The notes beneath the pieces were generated by a model. The model did not search any database and was not told the origin of the DNA. It worked only from the letters and a program-made list of their open reading frames with translations. This document shows positions 29,008-39,864 of a stretch of 64,000 bases of DNA, in pieces. Position 1 is the stretch's first letter. Each line of letters begins with the position of its first letter. Source of the stretch: Alphaproteobacteria bacterium (GTDB lineage Bacteria > Pseudomonadota > Alphaproteobacteria > HIMB59 > GCA-002718135); assembly GCA_045560945.1 (NCBI GenBank), contig JBJKYR010000053.1, positions 7,605 through 71,604 of the forward strand. Reading direction: 5' to 3'. Position numbers and translations under genes: made by a program.

Positions 29008-30456
29008 TTATTTTCTCCAGAAGTTTTTAGAAAATAATACTAGAATGGTAAAAATTTCTAATCTACCTACTAACATAGTAATCGCTAGAACCCATTTTGC
29101 AATATTATGTATTCCAGAATAGTTACCATTAGGACCTATTACATCTCCAATTCCGGGTCCTACATTAGAAATTGCAGACGCTGAGGCAGACAAAGCAGTT
29201 AAAAAGTCAATTTCTAGAAAGCTTAATATAACGGCAGATAATATAAATAACAAAACATAAATAAAGAAAAAACTAATGATAGAAGTATATGTATTTTCTG
29301 TAACCGTTTTTTTATTAAATTTCATTAAAAAAACAGCATGAGGCTGTGTTAACTTTTTAATTTGTAATCTAAAACCTCTAAATAAAATTTGAAATCTAAA
29401 AACTTTTATACCTCCTGTAGTTGATCCTGCACAACCACCTATAAACATAATCATTAGAATAATAATCAACCCAAAGCCTCCCCAATTATTATAATTTGCA
29501 GAAGTATAGCCAGTGCCTGTTAAAATTGATGTAATGTTAAATGATGCTAATCTTACTGCTTGAATTAAATCAATATTTAAATAGTTTTTTAACCATATCG
29601 ATGTAATAAAGATTATTGAAATTAATAAAAAAATAAAAAGTTTGACTTGGTCATCTTTGAAAATAGACTTTCTTTGACCGTGAATAAATTTAATAAATAT
29701 TACAAATGGTAAACTTCCTAAAATCATAAATAAAGTAGAGATATTTTCTAAAGAATAAGAGTCAAAATATCCAAAAGATAGACTTTTATTTGAAAATCCT
29801 CCAGTAGAAATAGTTGTCATGCAATGAATTAGTGAATCAAATGCATTCATTCCAAAAAAATAATACGAGAAAAAACAAAAGACTGTCAGGCTTATGTAGA
29901 GAATTGCAATTTCATAAATAAATTTATTAATTTTAGGAAGGGTTTTTTCATAAGGATCATCATGCTCCATGTGTAATAATTGCATTCCTCCAATCTGCAG
30001 GGTTGGGAGTATTGCAATTGCTAGTACAATTATTCCAATTCCTCCAAACCACTGTAATAATGATCTCCAAATAAGAATTCCTTCTGATAAATAATCTAAT
30101 TCAGATATAACAGTTGATCCAGTAGTTGTGATTCCACTAACTGATTCAAAAAAAGCATCTGTAAAGTTTAAGGATGAGCTTGAATATACAAAAGGTAATG
30201 AACCAAAAAAAGCTATTAGCAACCAAGATAAAATTGTTAATAAAAAAGCTTGGCGAAGATCAATCTTGATTTTTTCTTTTTTAAAACCAACATAAAGAAC
30301 GAAGCCAATTAAAAATGTAAGACTACTAATAAAAAAAAATTGTTTCCAATCCTGATTGTTATTTATCAAGTCAAAAAACATTGGAATTAATAAAGCTGCA
30401 GATTCAATGCATAAAAGTAATCCCAGTATATTAAGTATAGGGCGAAAATCTCGCAT
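29008..30456 (-). CDS. trkH: Trk-type potassium uptake protein TrkH
   Basis: 482 aa polytopic protein with repeated selectivity-filter-like motifs (TTTGST, STGGFS, TGTGYT, STTGG) typical of TrkH/KtrB. Confidence 0.85.
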   Translation of the reverse strand: MRDFRPILNILGLLLCIESAALLIPMFFDLINNNQDWKQFFFISSLTFLIGFVLYVGFKKEKIKIDLRQAFLLTILSWLLIAFFGSLPFVYSSSSLNFTDAFFESVSGITTTGSTVISELDYLSEGILIWRSLLQWFGGIGIIVLAIAILPTLQIGGMQLLHMEHDDPYEKTLPKINKFIYEIAILYISLTVFCFFSYYFFGMNAFDSLIHCMTTISTGGFSNKSLSFGYFDSYSLENISTLFMILGSLPFVIFIKFIHGQRKSIFKDDQVKLFIFLLISIIFITSIWLKNYLNIDLIQAVRLASFNITSILTGTGYTSANYNNWGGFGLIIILMIMFIGGCAGSTTGGIKVFRFQILFRGFRLQIKKLTQPHAVFLMKFNKKTVTENTYTSIISFFFIYVLLFILSAVILSFLEIDFLTALSASASAISNVGPGIGDVIGPNGNYSGIHNIAKWVLAITMLVGRLEIFTILVLFSKNFWRK

Positions 30457-30470
30457 TTATCAATAATATG

Positions 30471-30866
30471 CTAATTTAAATTATTTTTAATAAAAGGACT
30501 ATCAAGGGAAAATTGAGGTATAATTGCATCAAATTTTTTACCTTCATTTGTTTCCATTTCATAATGCCCTCCCATAAAACCGGATGGTGTTGATAAGGGA
30601 GTCCCACTTGTATATTCAAACTTTTCACCAGGATTTAGAATTGGTTGTTCTCCTACTACACCCTCTCCTTTTACTTCTTGCTCCGATCCATTAGAGTCAA
30701 TAATTTTTCCAATATCTATTTTTAAGCTGAACTTTTTCACTACTTTGATTATCTATCGTGACTTGATAAGCCCAAACAAAATGTTGATCGTCAGGCTCTG
30801 ACTGATCATCCAAAAAAATAAGGGTTGACTGTAATATTAATTTTCTTTGTTTTTTTTGGAATACAT
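30471..30866 (-). pseudogene. apaG: ApaG (DUF525) gene carrying three single-base homopolymer frameshifts
   Basis: The track ORF covers only the C-terminal 89 aa ([22 protein letters not shown]...). My translation upstream recovers [59 protein letters not shown]. This works only if one base is removed at each of 30850-30857, 30812-30818 and 30704-30708. Confidence 0.8.
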
Positions 30867-30917
30867 AAATTTTTTAATTTATGTCTTCCCCTTATACCAA
30901 AATAAATCAAATCCAAG

Positions 30918-31811
30918 TTAATTTAGTATTTTAATTTCAGCCCTTCTATTTGCTGGGTGCTTTGTATTATCGGGAGTATCAACTGCTAACTGATTCTCGC
31001 CTTTGCCCAATACTGAGACATTTTTTGCAGTGATTCCTAGACTTAATAAAATCTCTTTTATTGCCTCTGCACGTTTAATAGAAAGACTCATATTATATTT
31101 GATAGTACCTTTAGTATCTGTATGACCAAAAATAATGTACCTATTCAATTCTCTTTTATTTTTATTAATGAAGTTAATTAATTTATTTTTGCTAATTTGA
31201 CTAAGTTTGGAATTATCAAAGTCAAAATAAATAATTTGCATTACTTCTTTTTTTTCATTTTCTGTAACAACTGCAACTTGAGGTATGCTCTCTTCTTTAT
31301 TATTTTCTTTTACTTCTGCTTTTTTATTTAAATCAGTCAAAAATTTATAAATATCATGCATTGAAGTGTGAAAGTCATTTTTGCATTTTTCAATATCCCA
31401 TGTTTGCCATTTTTCTTCCTCTTGTTCTGCCCAGCAATCTAGGGAACTTATAGCTTTGGCAAGATTTTTAGGATCTTTGATAAAAGCTTCATCATAAATT
31501 GATAATAAATTATTATAAGCTGATTTAATATCCTGAGCCTTTTCAGAAGACAGTTTCCAATAATTGATTTTTTCTGGATATATTTTTTCACCATTTAGAG
31601 CCCTTAGTGCTTTTTCTGAATAGAGTTTTGCAGAATTCCAGTCATGCATTTTTTCAGCTTCAAAAGATGCATTCTCTTTATAATTATACAAAAGGTGTTG
31701 TTGAAAAGTTTTAGGATTCTTGATATCAATTTCTTTCACTTGTTCATAAGCAGCAGAACAAGCCATAAGAAAAAGCATAGTGAATATTAAAAACAGTTTA
31801 GATAATTTCAT
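30918..31811 (-). CDS. OmpA-family lipoprotein (peptidoglycan-associated C-terminal domain)
   Basis: The lipobox LFLMAC follows the Met at 31811, and the ORF-track start at 31841 is probably an upstream extension. The C-terminal OmpA_C block is GHTDTKGTIKYNMSLSIKRAEAI...NRRAEIKI. Confidence 0.75.
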   Translation of the reverse strand: MKLSKLFLIFTMLFLMACSAAYEQVKEIDIKNPKTFQQHLLYNYKENASFEAEKMHDWNSAKLYSEKALRALNGEKIYPEKINYWKLSSEKAQDIKSAYNNLLSIYDEAFIKDPKNLAKAISSLDCWAEQEEEKWQTWDIEKCKNDFHTSMHDIYKFLTDLNKKAEVKENNKEESIPQVAVVTENEKKEVMQIIYFDFDNSKLSQISKNKLINFINKNKRELNRYIIFGHTDTKGTIKYNMSLSIKRAEAIKEILLSLGITAKNVSVLGKGENQLAVDTPDNTKHPANRRAEIKILN

Positions 31812-31972
31812 AAGGATCTCTTTATTTATCCAAAATGGCAAAAGATAGGCTAAATTTAGTTCATTTTAAGATCAAGCTCCCCAGTTTTTTTTATTTATGA
31901 TGATTTTATGATTGCGTAGGAAAAGAAGTTTAGATACCGCAATGGAATTATTATTTATTTAAGGAGTTAAGC

Positions 31973-33327
31973 ATGATTAAACATGTTACATCAGTGGATC
32001 AATCAGATAGAAAGGTCCCATATAATCTAAGACAGAGTGGTTCAACACCTGTTAAAATGTTAATTTCAACACGTGTTAGAAAATCTCCATATTGGCATCT
32101 TTCTATGGAAGCTGGATGTTGGAGAGCTACTGTCTACAATCGTGTCTATCATCCAAGGGGTTATGTAAAACCTGAAGATGGTGGAGCAATGGTAGAATAT
32201 GAAGCAATAAAGAACCACGTTACAATGTGGAACGTTGCAGTTGAGAGACAAATTCAAGTAAAAGGCCAGATGCTGAAGCATTTACAGATTACGTTATTAC
32301 TCGTGACGCAACAAGAATACCAATCATGAAAGCAGACGGATCTGTTAGAGCAGCTAGATACGTTATTCTTTGTAATCATATGGGTGGGGTTTTAAATGAT
32401 CCAATTCTTTTAAGAGTTGCAAAAGATGAATTCTGGTTCTCATTATCCGATTCTGATATTGGATTATATTTACAAGGAGTCAATCACGACAAAAAATTTG
32501 ATGTTGAAATTGATGAAATTGATGTTTGTCCAGTGCAAATTCAAGGTCCAAAAGCTCATGCATTAATGAAAGACTTAATTGGAGATCAAGTAGACATAGA
32601 CGGTATGCCTTTTTATGGTTTGGCTGAAGCAAAAGTTGGAGGAAGAAAATGTGTAATTTCTCAAACAGGTTTTTCTGGAGCAGCAGGTTTTGAAATTTAC
32701 CTTTATGATGCTACTCTATATGCAGATGATATGTGGAATGCTGTTTTGGATGCAGGAAAAAAGCATAATTTAATGGTAATAGCCCCAGCTCACCATAGAA
32801 GAATTCAAGCTGGAATTTTGTCTTGGGGTCAGGATATGGATAACCAACATAATCCTTTTCAATGTAATTTAGGATATCAAGTATCTCTTTCTGGTGTAGG
32901 AGAATGGAATAAATCTAGTGACTATATTGGAAAAGAGGCTTTGGAGAAAATGAAAAAAGAAATTACTTCAGGGGATAAACCTTACAAACTTCAGTTAGTA
33001 GGAATGGTATTAGGAGGAAAACCAATTGAGGAATATGCTCCTGATTTTTGGTTAGTTTCTCCTGCTGAAGGAGGGGATCCTTGCGGCTATATTACTTCAC
33101 CATGGTACCATCCAGAACAAAAAAGAAATATTGCTATGGGTTATGTTCCATTTGATGGAACACTTAGCAGTAATGGTTTCCCAATTGGAAAAGTTGGCCA
33201 AAAATTCAAAGTTCATCTTCCAGATGAATATGCTGACTCACCAGGTGTTCCTGTAGATGCTGAAGTTGTTTCTATACCATTTACAGAATCTTACAACGCT
33301 AACACTAGAGAAGTTTCAAAAGCATAA
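31973..33327 (+). pseudogene. Aminomethyltransferase (GcvT/DmdA) family protein, frame broken by a missing C at 32266-32267
   Basis: ORF 31973-32329 ends ...VERQIQVKG and then runs out of frame. The frame of ORF 32326-33327 is already open from 32266 and reads PDAEAFTDYVITRDATRIPIMKADG... The joined sequence (RKSPYW...VYN..Y.P..Y...EY..I...V..W.V.VERQ..V.GPDA) follows the DmdA/GcvT N-terminal pattern. Confidence 0.8.
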
Positions 33328-33348
33328 GATTAATAGCTGAATTTTAAA

Positions 33349-33377
33349 AGCGCTTCTTAAATGAGGCGCTTTATTTT
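33349..33377. terminator. Possible bidirectional terminator between convergent GcvT-family gene and dsbA-like gene
   Basis: Stem AGCGC/GCGCT with a 12-nt loop, flanked by an A-run upstream and TTTATTTT downstream. The short stem gives only modest support. Confidence 0.4.
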
Positions 33378-33991
33378 AGAAATCTCTCAAGTTGATTTAC
33401 AGGAACATATCCCCCTAAGAATTCTTCATTAAAAAACAATGCAGGAGTTCCTCTTGAACCAGATCCCAAGGCGATAAATGAAGATAATTTAACTATATTT
33501 TTAGTTTCATCCTTGCCCATATCAATTCTAAGTTTTGTTATATTAATATCTAAATCTTTAATTAATTGATCAAGTTTTTCTTGTGTTATACTTCCTGAAA
33601 TTGAAAATAATCCATTATGTAATTCAGTGCCTTTATCTTGATAATTGGCAGCAACAACCATTTCTGCAATTATCTTTGAACTTTCACTAAGTATTGGATG
33701 CTGTAAAAAAACTACACGTGTATCATTTCTCCTTTGAGCAAGGTCTATCAATTCAGGATGAATTTTTTTGCAATATCCGCAAAAGTAGTCCATAAATTCA
33801 ATTACAGTATTTTCAGCATCATCAGGACCAACTTGTATAATTGCATGTTTTGGTAGAGCTTCTAAAATTTTAAGATGATAAGGTTCAGAGTCATCGAAAA
33901 ATAACTCATTAAGAGTCATATCTTTACTAAAAACATTGGTAGAAACGAATATAAAAATAAACACAGAAAAATTTCTAAGATTATAACGCAT
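33371..33991 (-). CDS. DsbA-family periplasmic thiol:disulfide oxidoreductase
   Basis: 206 aa with a signal peptide, the CGYC active site (FMDYFCGYCKKIHPEL) and a C-terminal GTPALFFN block. Confidence 0.75.
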   Translation of the reverse strand: MRYNLRNFSVFIFIFVSTNVFSKDMTLNELFFDDSEPYHLKILEALPKHAIIQVGPDDAENTVIEFMDYFCGYCKKIHPELIDLAQRRNDTRVVFLQHPILSESSKIIAEMVVAANYQDKGTELHNGLFSISGSITQEKLDQLIKDLDINITKLRIDMGKDETKNIVKLSSFIALGSGSRGTPALFFNEEFLGGYVPVNQLERFLK

Positions 33992-34049
33992 GATTGACCC
34001 AATGTATTTAATATGATTAAGAAAGTACAGAATTATTTTTGAGATATTT

Positions 34050-36485
34050 ATGAAAACAAAAACTAAAGTAGTTGTAGTAGGGGGTGGTGTTGTTGGAGTT
34101 AGTGTTCTTTACCATCTTGCTAAAAAAGGTTGGGACGATGTTGTTTTAGTAGAAAGAAAAGAGCTCACCTCAGGATCAACCTGGCATGCAGCAGGCCTCC
34201 TTCCTTTATTTAATATGAGTTATTCAGTTGGTCAACTTCATAAATATGCAGTTAATTTTTACAAAACTCTAGAAGAAGAAACAGGGCAAAATGTAGGCTT
34301 CAGTGTTGTAAGTAATATTCGTTTAGCAACAACTCAAGATCGTATGGATGAATATCATCAATACGCTGCAGTAGCTAAAACTATTGGAGTTAAAGTAAAT
34401 TTTTTATCTCCTGAAAAGGTTAAAGAGATTTGGCCACTATGTAATACTGAGGGTTTAATTGGAGCTATTCAACATCCAGAAGATGGATATATACAACCAG
34501 CAGATTTAACACAAGCTTTAGCAAAAGGTGCTAGAGATAAAGGGGCTGAGATTTATAGAAACACAAATGTAACTGATATCAAACAGTTAAAAAATGAAAT
34601 GTGGGTTGTTGAAACAGATAAGGGAAGTATAGAGTGTGAGCATGTTGTCTCTTGCACTGGAAATTTTGCAAGACAAACAGGAAAGATGGTTGGTTTAGAT
34701 ATTCCTGTAATACCTGTTGAACATCAATACATTGTAACTGAACCTCATCCTGAAATACAAAAAAGAAAAGAACAAGGCTTACCTGAGATGGGTGTTTTGC
34801 GAGATTCTGATAGTTCTTGGTATATGCGAGAGGAAAGAGGAGGTTTAATACTTGGACCTTATGAAAAAGGGGCTCCTGCCTGTTACGTAGACGGTCCAAG
34901 TCAAAATTCAGAGTTTGAATTATTTCAAGAAGATATTGAGAGAATTGAACCACACATAGAATCTGCAATTCATAGAGTTCCAGTATTTGGGGAAGTGGGT
35001 GTTAAAAAAGTTTACAATGGTGCTATCTGCTATACACCAGATGGAAGTCCTATAGTTGGCCCAGCTTGGGGTTTAAAAAATTTTTGGATAAATGAAGGTC
35101 ATAGTTTTGGAATAACAGCAGCGGGAGGCGCAGGTTGGCAACTAGCTGAGTGGATAGTTGATGGAGAACCTACCATTGATATGCTGGGAGTTGACCCAAG
35201 ACGTTTTGGAGATTATGTGACTAAATCTTTTCTAATTGAAAAAAATGAAGAAGCTTATGCAAATGTTTTCACAGTCCATTTTCCAGATGAAGAAAGAGAG
35301 GCAGGAAGACCTCTAAGACAAGCTCCTTGCTACGATCGTTTAAAAGATTTAGGTGCAGTATTTGGTCAAAAATTTGGATGGGAGAGAGCAAATTGGTTCG
35401 CCCCAAAAGATATTGAGCAAGCAGATGATTGGTCTTTTAGGAGATCAAATTGGTTTACTCATGTTGGTAATGAATGTTTAAATGTGCAAAATAATGTTGG
35501 CATACTTGATATGACTGCATTTGCAAAATGTCGAATATCTGGCCCAGGAGCAAAAGATTTTCTAGATAATTTAGTTGCTAATAAATTACCTCAAAAAAGA
35601 GGAAGAGTTAATTTGTGTCATGCCTTAAATACCAAAGGAGGAGTTCACTCTGAATTTACAATTGCAAAAGAATCTGATGAATCTTTTTATTTAGTTTCAG
35701 CTGGAGCTTTTCAAAGACTTGATCATGATTGGATAAAAAAATGGATGCCAAACGATAGATCAGTAACTTTTGAAAATCTAACAAATAGTATTGGTGTTCT
35801 TGTTGTGGCTGGACCAAGGTCAAGAGATTTACTTACCAAGATTTCTAATGCTGATTTTTCTAATAAAGCATTTCCATGGCTATCTGCCCAAAAAATAGAT
35901 GTTGGATTAGCCCCTTCAATTGCAATGAGAATGAACTTTGTTGGTGAATTAGGTTGGGAGCTTCATCATCCAATTGAATATCAAAATCATATATTTGATA
36001 ATTTAATGGAAGCTGGTAAAGAATTTGGAGTTAAGCCTTTTGGAATAAGAGCGATGGATAGCCTTAGAATTGAAAAGACTTATAAGCTTGTAGGCACTGA
36101 AATGTCAATTGAATATGCTGCTTATGAATCTGGGCTTGATAGATTTGTACATTTAAATAAAGGAAATTTCATTGGAAGAGATGCACTGGTTAAATGGCAA
36201 CAAGACGGATTTGATAATAAAATGATTACCTTAGAAGTTTTTGATATCAAAGATGCTGACGCATTAGGCAATAATGCTATTTATAGTAATGGAGAAGTGG
36301 TTGGGCGTGCGACAGGAGGTAACTACGGATTTAGAGTGAAAAAATCTCTTGCAATTGCTATGGTCAAACCTAAATATAGCAAAATTGGAACAGAACTAGA
36401 AATGGATATTTTAGATAAAAAACATAAAGTTGTTGTTATAGAGGATAGTCCATACGATCCAATGAATGAAAAAATTAGAGCTTAG
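34050..36485 (+). CDS. Dimethylglycine/sarcosine dehydrogenase family flavoprotein (FAD DAO domain + GcvT-fold folate-binding domain)
   Basis: 811 aa. An N-terminal VVVVGGGVVGVSVLYHLAK FAD motif is followed by STWHAAGL, the covalent-FAD His region. The C-terminal aminomethyltransferase-like domains have the architecture of DMGDH/SARDH. Confidence 0.85.
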   Translation: MKTKTKVVVVGGGVVGVSVLYHLAKKGWDDVVLVERKELTSGSTWHAAGLLPLFNMSYSVGQLHKYAVNFYKTLEEETGQNVGFSVVSNIRLATTQDRMDEYHQYAAVAKTIGVKVNFLSPEKVKEIWPLCNTEGLIGAIQHPEDGYIQPADLTQALAKGARDKGAEIYRNTNVTDIKQLKNEMWVVETDKGSIECEHVVSCTGNFARQTGKMVGLDIPVIPVEHQYIVTEPHPEIQKRKEQGLPEMGVLRDSDSSWYMREERGGLILGPYEKGAPACYVDGPSQNSEFELFQEDIERIEPHIESAIHRVPVFGEVGVKKVYNGAICYTPDGSPIVGPAWGLKNFWINEGHSFGITAAGGAGWQLAEWIVDGEPTIDMLGVDPRRFGDYVTKSFLIEKNEEAYANVFTVHFPDEEREAGRPLRQAPCYDRLKDLGAVFGQKFGWERANWFAPKDIEQADDWSFRRSNWFTHVGNECLNVQNNVGILDMTAFAKCRISGPGAKDFLDNLVANKLPQKRGRVNLCHALNTKGGVHSEFTIAKESDESFYLVSAGAFQRLDHDWIKKWMPNDRSVTFENLTNSIGVLVVAGPRSRDLLTKISNADFSNKAFPWLSAQKIDVGLAPSIAMRMNFVGELGWELHHPIEYQNHIFDNLMEAGKEFGVKPFGIRAMDSLRIEKTYKLVGTEMSIEYAAYESGLDRFVHLNKGNFIGRDALVKWQQDGFDNKMITLEVFDIKDADALGNNAIYSNGEVVGRATGGNYGFRVKKSLAIAMVKPKYSKIGTELEMDILDKKHKVVVIEDSPYDPMNEKIRA

Positions 36486-36488
36486 TAT

Positions 36489-37238
36489 ATGAAAATCTTA
36501 GTTACAGTAAAAAGAGTCATTGATTATAATGTTCAAGTTAGAGTTAAAGCAGATAATTCTGGTGTAGAAAAAGAAAATGTAAAAATGTCAATGAACCCTC
36601 CGGATGAAAATGCAGTAGAGGAAGCACTAAGAATAAAAGAAGCTGGAAAAGCTGATGAAATAATAATTTTATCAGTTGGAGAAGAAAAATGTCAGGAAAC
36701 TATTCGTACCGCACTTGCTATGGGTGCTGATAGAGGAATATTGATTAAAGCGAATGATAATGTGGAGCCTTTATCGGTATCAAAAATAGTTGCTAAAATT
36801 GTAGAAATTGAACAACCAGGTTTAATATTGATGGGTAAGCAGGCAATTGATGATGATTCAAATCAAACTGCTCAAATGACTAGCGCCTTGCTCAGTTGGC
36901 CACAGGCAACATTTGCTTCAAAAATTGAAATAGAAGAAAATACTGCAATTGTAACCAGAGAAATAGATGAGGGTCTTGAGAGAATAAAAGTTAAGATGCC
37001 TTTTATAGCATCTTGTGATTTAAGATTAAATGAGCCAAGATACGCTTCTTTACCAAATATTATGAAAGCAAAGAAAAAACCGATTGATATTAAATCAGCT
37101 GAAGAGCTTGGCATTGATGTCAAACCTAGGATTGAGAATATAAAAATATCTGAACCACCAACTAGACAAAAAGGAGTTATGGTCGCTGATGTTGCTGAGT
37201 TAGTTCAAAAATTAAAATATGAGGCAAAAGTTATATGA
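36489..37238 (+). CDS. etfB: Electron transfer flavoprotein beta subunit
   Basis: 249 aa. The [20 protein letters not shown] start and the [16 protein letters not shown] and [16 protein letters not shown] motifs are canonical EtfB. Confidence 0.9.
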   Translation: MKILVTVKRVIDYNVQVRVKADNSGVEKENVKMSMNPPDENAVEEALRIKEAGKADEIIILSVGEEKCQETIRTALAMGADRGILIKANDNVEPLSVSKIVAKIVEIEQPGLILMGKQAIDDDSNQTAQMTSALLSWPQATFASKIEIEENTAIVTREIDEGLERIKVKMPFIASCDLRLNEPRYASLPNIMKAKKKPIDIKSAEELGIDVKPRIENIKISEPPTRQKGVMVADVAELVQKLKYEAKVI

Positions 37239-38188
37239 ACATCTTAATCTTAGCAGAACATAATAATGAGGAAGTGAAGTCATCTACATTAAACACAATA
37301 AGTGCAGCTTCAAAATTAGGTAATGAAATTGAAGTTTTGGTAATAGGTAGTAATATAGAGAAAATTTCAAAAGAAATTGCAAATTATCAATATGTTACAA
37401 AAGTACTTTCATTAGATGATCAAAATTATGAAAATGCTATAGCTGAAAAAATAGATCCTGTTATTTTTTCTATTGCTGAGAATTATTCTCATATTTTTGC
37501 ACCTGCGACAACATTTGGAAAAAATGTTATGCCAAGGGTTGCTGTAAAATTAGATGTTGCCCAAATAAGTGATGTCATCAATATTGAGAGTGAAGATACT
37601 TTTATAAGACCAATTTATGCTGGTAATGCGCTTGCTACTGTTAAGTCAAATGACGCCAAGAAAGTTATTACAATTCGCCCAACTTCATTTGATGTTATTG
37701 CTAAAGAAGGTGGCTCAGGAGTTGTTGAAGCAATAAATTTTGATTCATCTGAAAATCACACAGAATTCGTTGATCGCGAAGAATCTAAATCAGATAGACC
37801 AGAACTAAGTACTGCAAGAATTGTTATTTCAGGAGGAAGAGGGTTGCAAAGTGCCGATAATTTTAAATTAATAAGTGATATTGCTGATAAATTAAATGCA
37901 GCTATAGGTGCTTCTAGAGCTGCAGTAGATGCAGGATATGTAAGTAATGATTATCAGGTAGGCCAAACAGGAAAAGTAGTAGTTCCAGACCTTTATATAG
38001 CGGTTGGTATATCTGGAGCCATTCAACATCTTGCTGGTATGAAGGAAAGTAAAATTATTGTTGCTATAAATAAAGATGATGAAGCACCTATCTTTAATGT
38101 TGCTGATTATGGGTTAAGTGCTGATTTATTTGAAGCACTACCTCAGCTTTCGTCTGAATTAGATAAATTAAACTCAATAGAAAAATAA
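37235..38188 (+). CDS. etfA: Electron transfer flavoprotein alpha subunit
   Basis: 317 aa with the C-terminal FAD-binding signature [45 protein letters not shown]. It has an ATGA overlap with etfB. Confidence 0.9.
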   Translation: MNILILAEHNNEEVKSSTLNTISAASKLGNEIEVLVIGSNIEKISKEIANYQYVTKVLSLDDQNYENAIAEKIDPVIFSIAENYSHIFAPATTFGKNVMPRVAVKLDVAQISDVINIESEDTFIRPIYAGNALATVKSNDAKKVITIRPTSFDVIAKEGGSGVVEAINFDSSENHTEFVDREESKSDRPELSTARIVISGGRGLQSADNFKLISDIADKLNAAIGASRAAVDAGYVSNDYQVGQTGKVVVPDLYIAVGISGAIQHLAGMKESKIIVAINKDDEAPIFNVADYGLSADLFEALPQLSSELDKLNSIEK

Positions 38189-38228
38189 TTATTATTTTTA
38201 AATAAATAAAAAAGCTTTATTGTAGCTT

Positions 38229-39857
38229 ATGGAAATTAAAAGAGAGTCAATGGAATATGATGTTGTTATAGTTGGCGCTGGTCCAGCAGGTTTATCTACA
38301 TCCATAAAATTAAAACAAATTAATCCTGATTTAAATGTATGCATTTTAGAAAAAGGATCAGAAGTGGGCGCTCATATTTTAAGTGGTAACGTTTTTGAGA
38401 CAAGAGCTTTAGATGAATTAATCCCTGACTGGAAAGAAAAAAAAGCTCCAATAAAAACAAAGGTTAAAAAAGAAAAATTTTTATTTTTAGGAAAAAAAAA
38501 CTTTTTAAGTTGGCCAACATGGCTCCTCCCTGGTGTTCAAAAAAATCATAATAATTATATTATTAGTTTAGCTAATCTATGTAGATGGCTTGCTACTCAA
38601 GCAGAGGATTTAGGTGTTGAAATTTTTCCAGGATTTGCAGCTTCTAAAATAATCTATGATGATAAGAATAATGTTATAGGTGTTCAAACAGGAGATATGG
38701 GAATCGATAAGAATGGAAGTTCAAAGGATAGTTTTGAGCCTGGCTTAAATATTTTAGCAAAAGTTACTGTTTTTTCAGAAGGCTGTAGAGGTCACCTTGG
38801 AAAAGAGGTTATTAAAAAATATAAACTTGATGCTGATAAATCACCGCAACAATACGGAATAGGTTTTAAAGAAATTTGGGAAATTTCTGAAAAGGAGCAT
38901 GATGAGGGTATGGTTATGCATACTGCAGGATGGCCTTTAGATAACTCCACTTATGGTGGAAGTTTTTGTTATCACGCAGAAAAAAATCAAGTCTTTATTG
39001 GCTATGTGATTGGACTAGATTATCAAAACCCATACTTATCACCGTATGATGAGTTTCAACGATTTAAAACGCATCCTGTAATTGCTAAAATACTTAAGGA
39101 CGGAAAAAGAATTTCTTATGGAGCAAGAGCTTTAATTGAAGGGGGTTTTCAGAGTTTACCAACTATGCATATGCCTGGTGCATTAATTGTTGGTTGCGAT
39201 GCTGGAACACTTAATATGCCTAAAATTAAAGGCTCTCATACTGCAATGAAAAGTGGAATTATCGCTGCTGAAACTATTAATGAATATATAACTGCAAATA
39301 AACCTCTTTCAGAATATGAAAATAAATTTAAAACATCATGGGTCTACAAAGAGCTATATACTGCCCGTAATGTTAAACCTAGTTTTCAATGGAGTTTGAT
39401 ACCAGCAATAATATTCACTGGTATAGACCAAATTATTTTTAGAGGATATTTGCCTTTTACACTTAAACATTCTTATGCTGATCATGAAAGTTTAATTCCA
39501 GCTCATAAAGCTAAAAAAATTGACTACCCTAAGTATGATGGAAAACTTACTTTTGATAAAACTAGTTCAGTTTACTTAACTGGCACAAATCATGAAGCGG
39601 ATCAACCTGTCCATTTAAAATTAAATGATCCTGATTTACCAATTAATTATACTTTAAATGAATTTGACGAACCTGCTCAAAGATATTGTCCTGCAGGAGT
39701 GTATGAAGTTGATAGAACTAAGCAAAATGATCCTAAGTTTGTAATAAATGCTCAAAATTGCATACATTGTAAGACTTGTGATATTAAAGAGCCATCTCAA
39801 AACATAACATGGATTACACCTGAAGGAGCAGGTGGGCCCAATTATGCAAATATGTAA
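38229..39857 (+). CDS. Electron-transferring-flavoprotein:ubiquinone oxidoreductase (ETF-QO)
   Basis: 542 aa with an N-terminal DVVIVGAGPAGLS motif. The C-terminal 4Fe-4S cysteine cluster is YCPAGVYE...NCIHCKTCDIKEP. Confidence 0.9.
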   Translation: MEIKRESMEYDVVIVGAGPAGLSTSIKLKQINPDLNVCILEKGSEVGAHILSGNVFETRALDELIPDWKEKKAPIKTKVKKEKFLFLGKKNFLSWPTWLLPGVQKNHNNYIISLANLCRWLATQAEDLGVEIFPGFAASKIIYDDKNNVIGVQTGDMGIDKNGSSKDSFEPGLNILAKVTVFSEGCRGHLGKEVIKKYKLDADKSPQQYGIGFKEIWEISEKEHDEGMVMHTAGWPLDNSTYGGSFCYHAEKNQVFIGYVIGLDYQNPYLSPYDEFQRFKTHPVIAKILKDGKRISYGARALIEGGFQSLPTMHMPGALIVGCDAGTLNMPKIKGSHTAMKSGIIAAETINEYITANKPLSEYENKFKTSWVYKELYTARNVKPSFQWSLIPAIIFTGIDQIIFRGYLPFTLKHSYADHESLIPAHKAKKIDYPKYDGKLTFDKTSSVYLTGTNHEADQPVHLKLNDPDLPINYTLNEFDEPAQRYCPAGVYEVDRTKQNDPKFVINAQNCIHCKTCDIKEPSQNITWITPEGAGGPNYANM

Positions 39858-39864
39858 AAAAAAA

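Noticed and set aside
31842-31972. Possible riboswitch or leader upstream of the GcvT-family gene (stem ATTGCG...CGCAAT around 31912-31944). The same was considered for the 48514-48615 leader of fhs.
   Set aside because: I could not recognise the conserved cores of glycine, THF, ZTP or SAM-type riboswitches. A single 6-bp stem in AT-rich DNA is not meaningful without covariance evidence.
34579-34968. 129-aa minus-strand ORF within the DMGDH-like gene. Similar antisense ORFs occur at 14282-14707, 36872-37123, 43682-43882, 46093-46290, 47387-47962, 51685-52000, 56043-56372, 57095-57310, 58967-59224 and 59832-60071.
   Set aside because: All lie antisense to, or inside, long well-supported genes. 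They have no recognisable motifs, and frames free of stop codons arise by chance.
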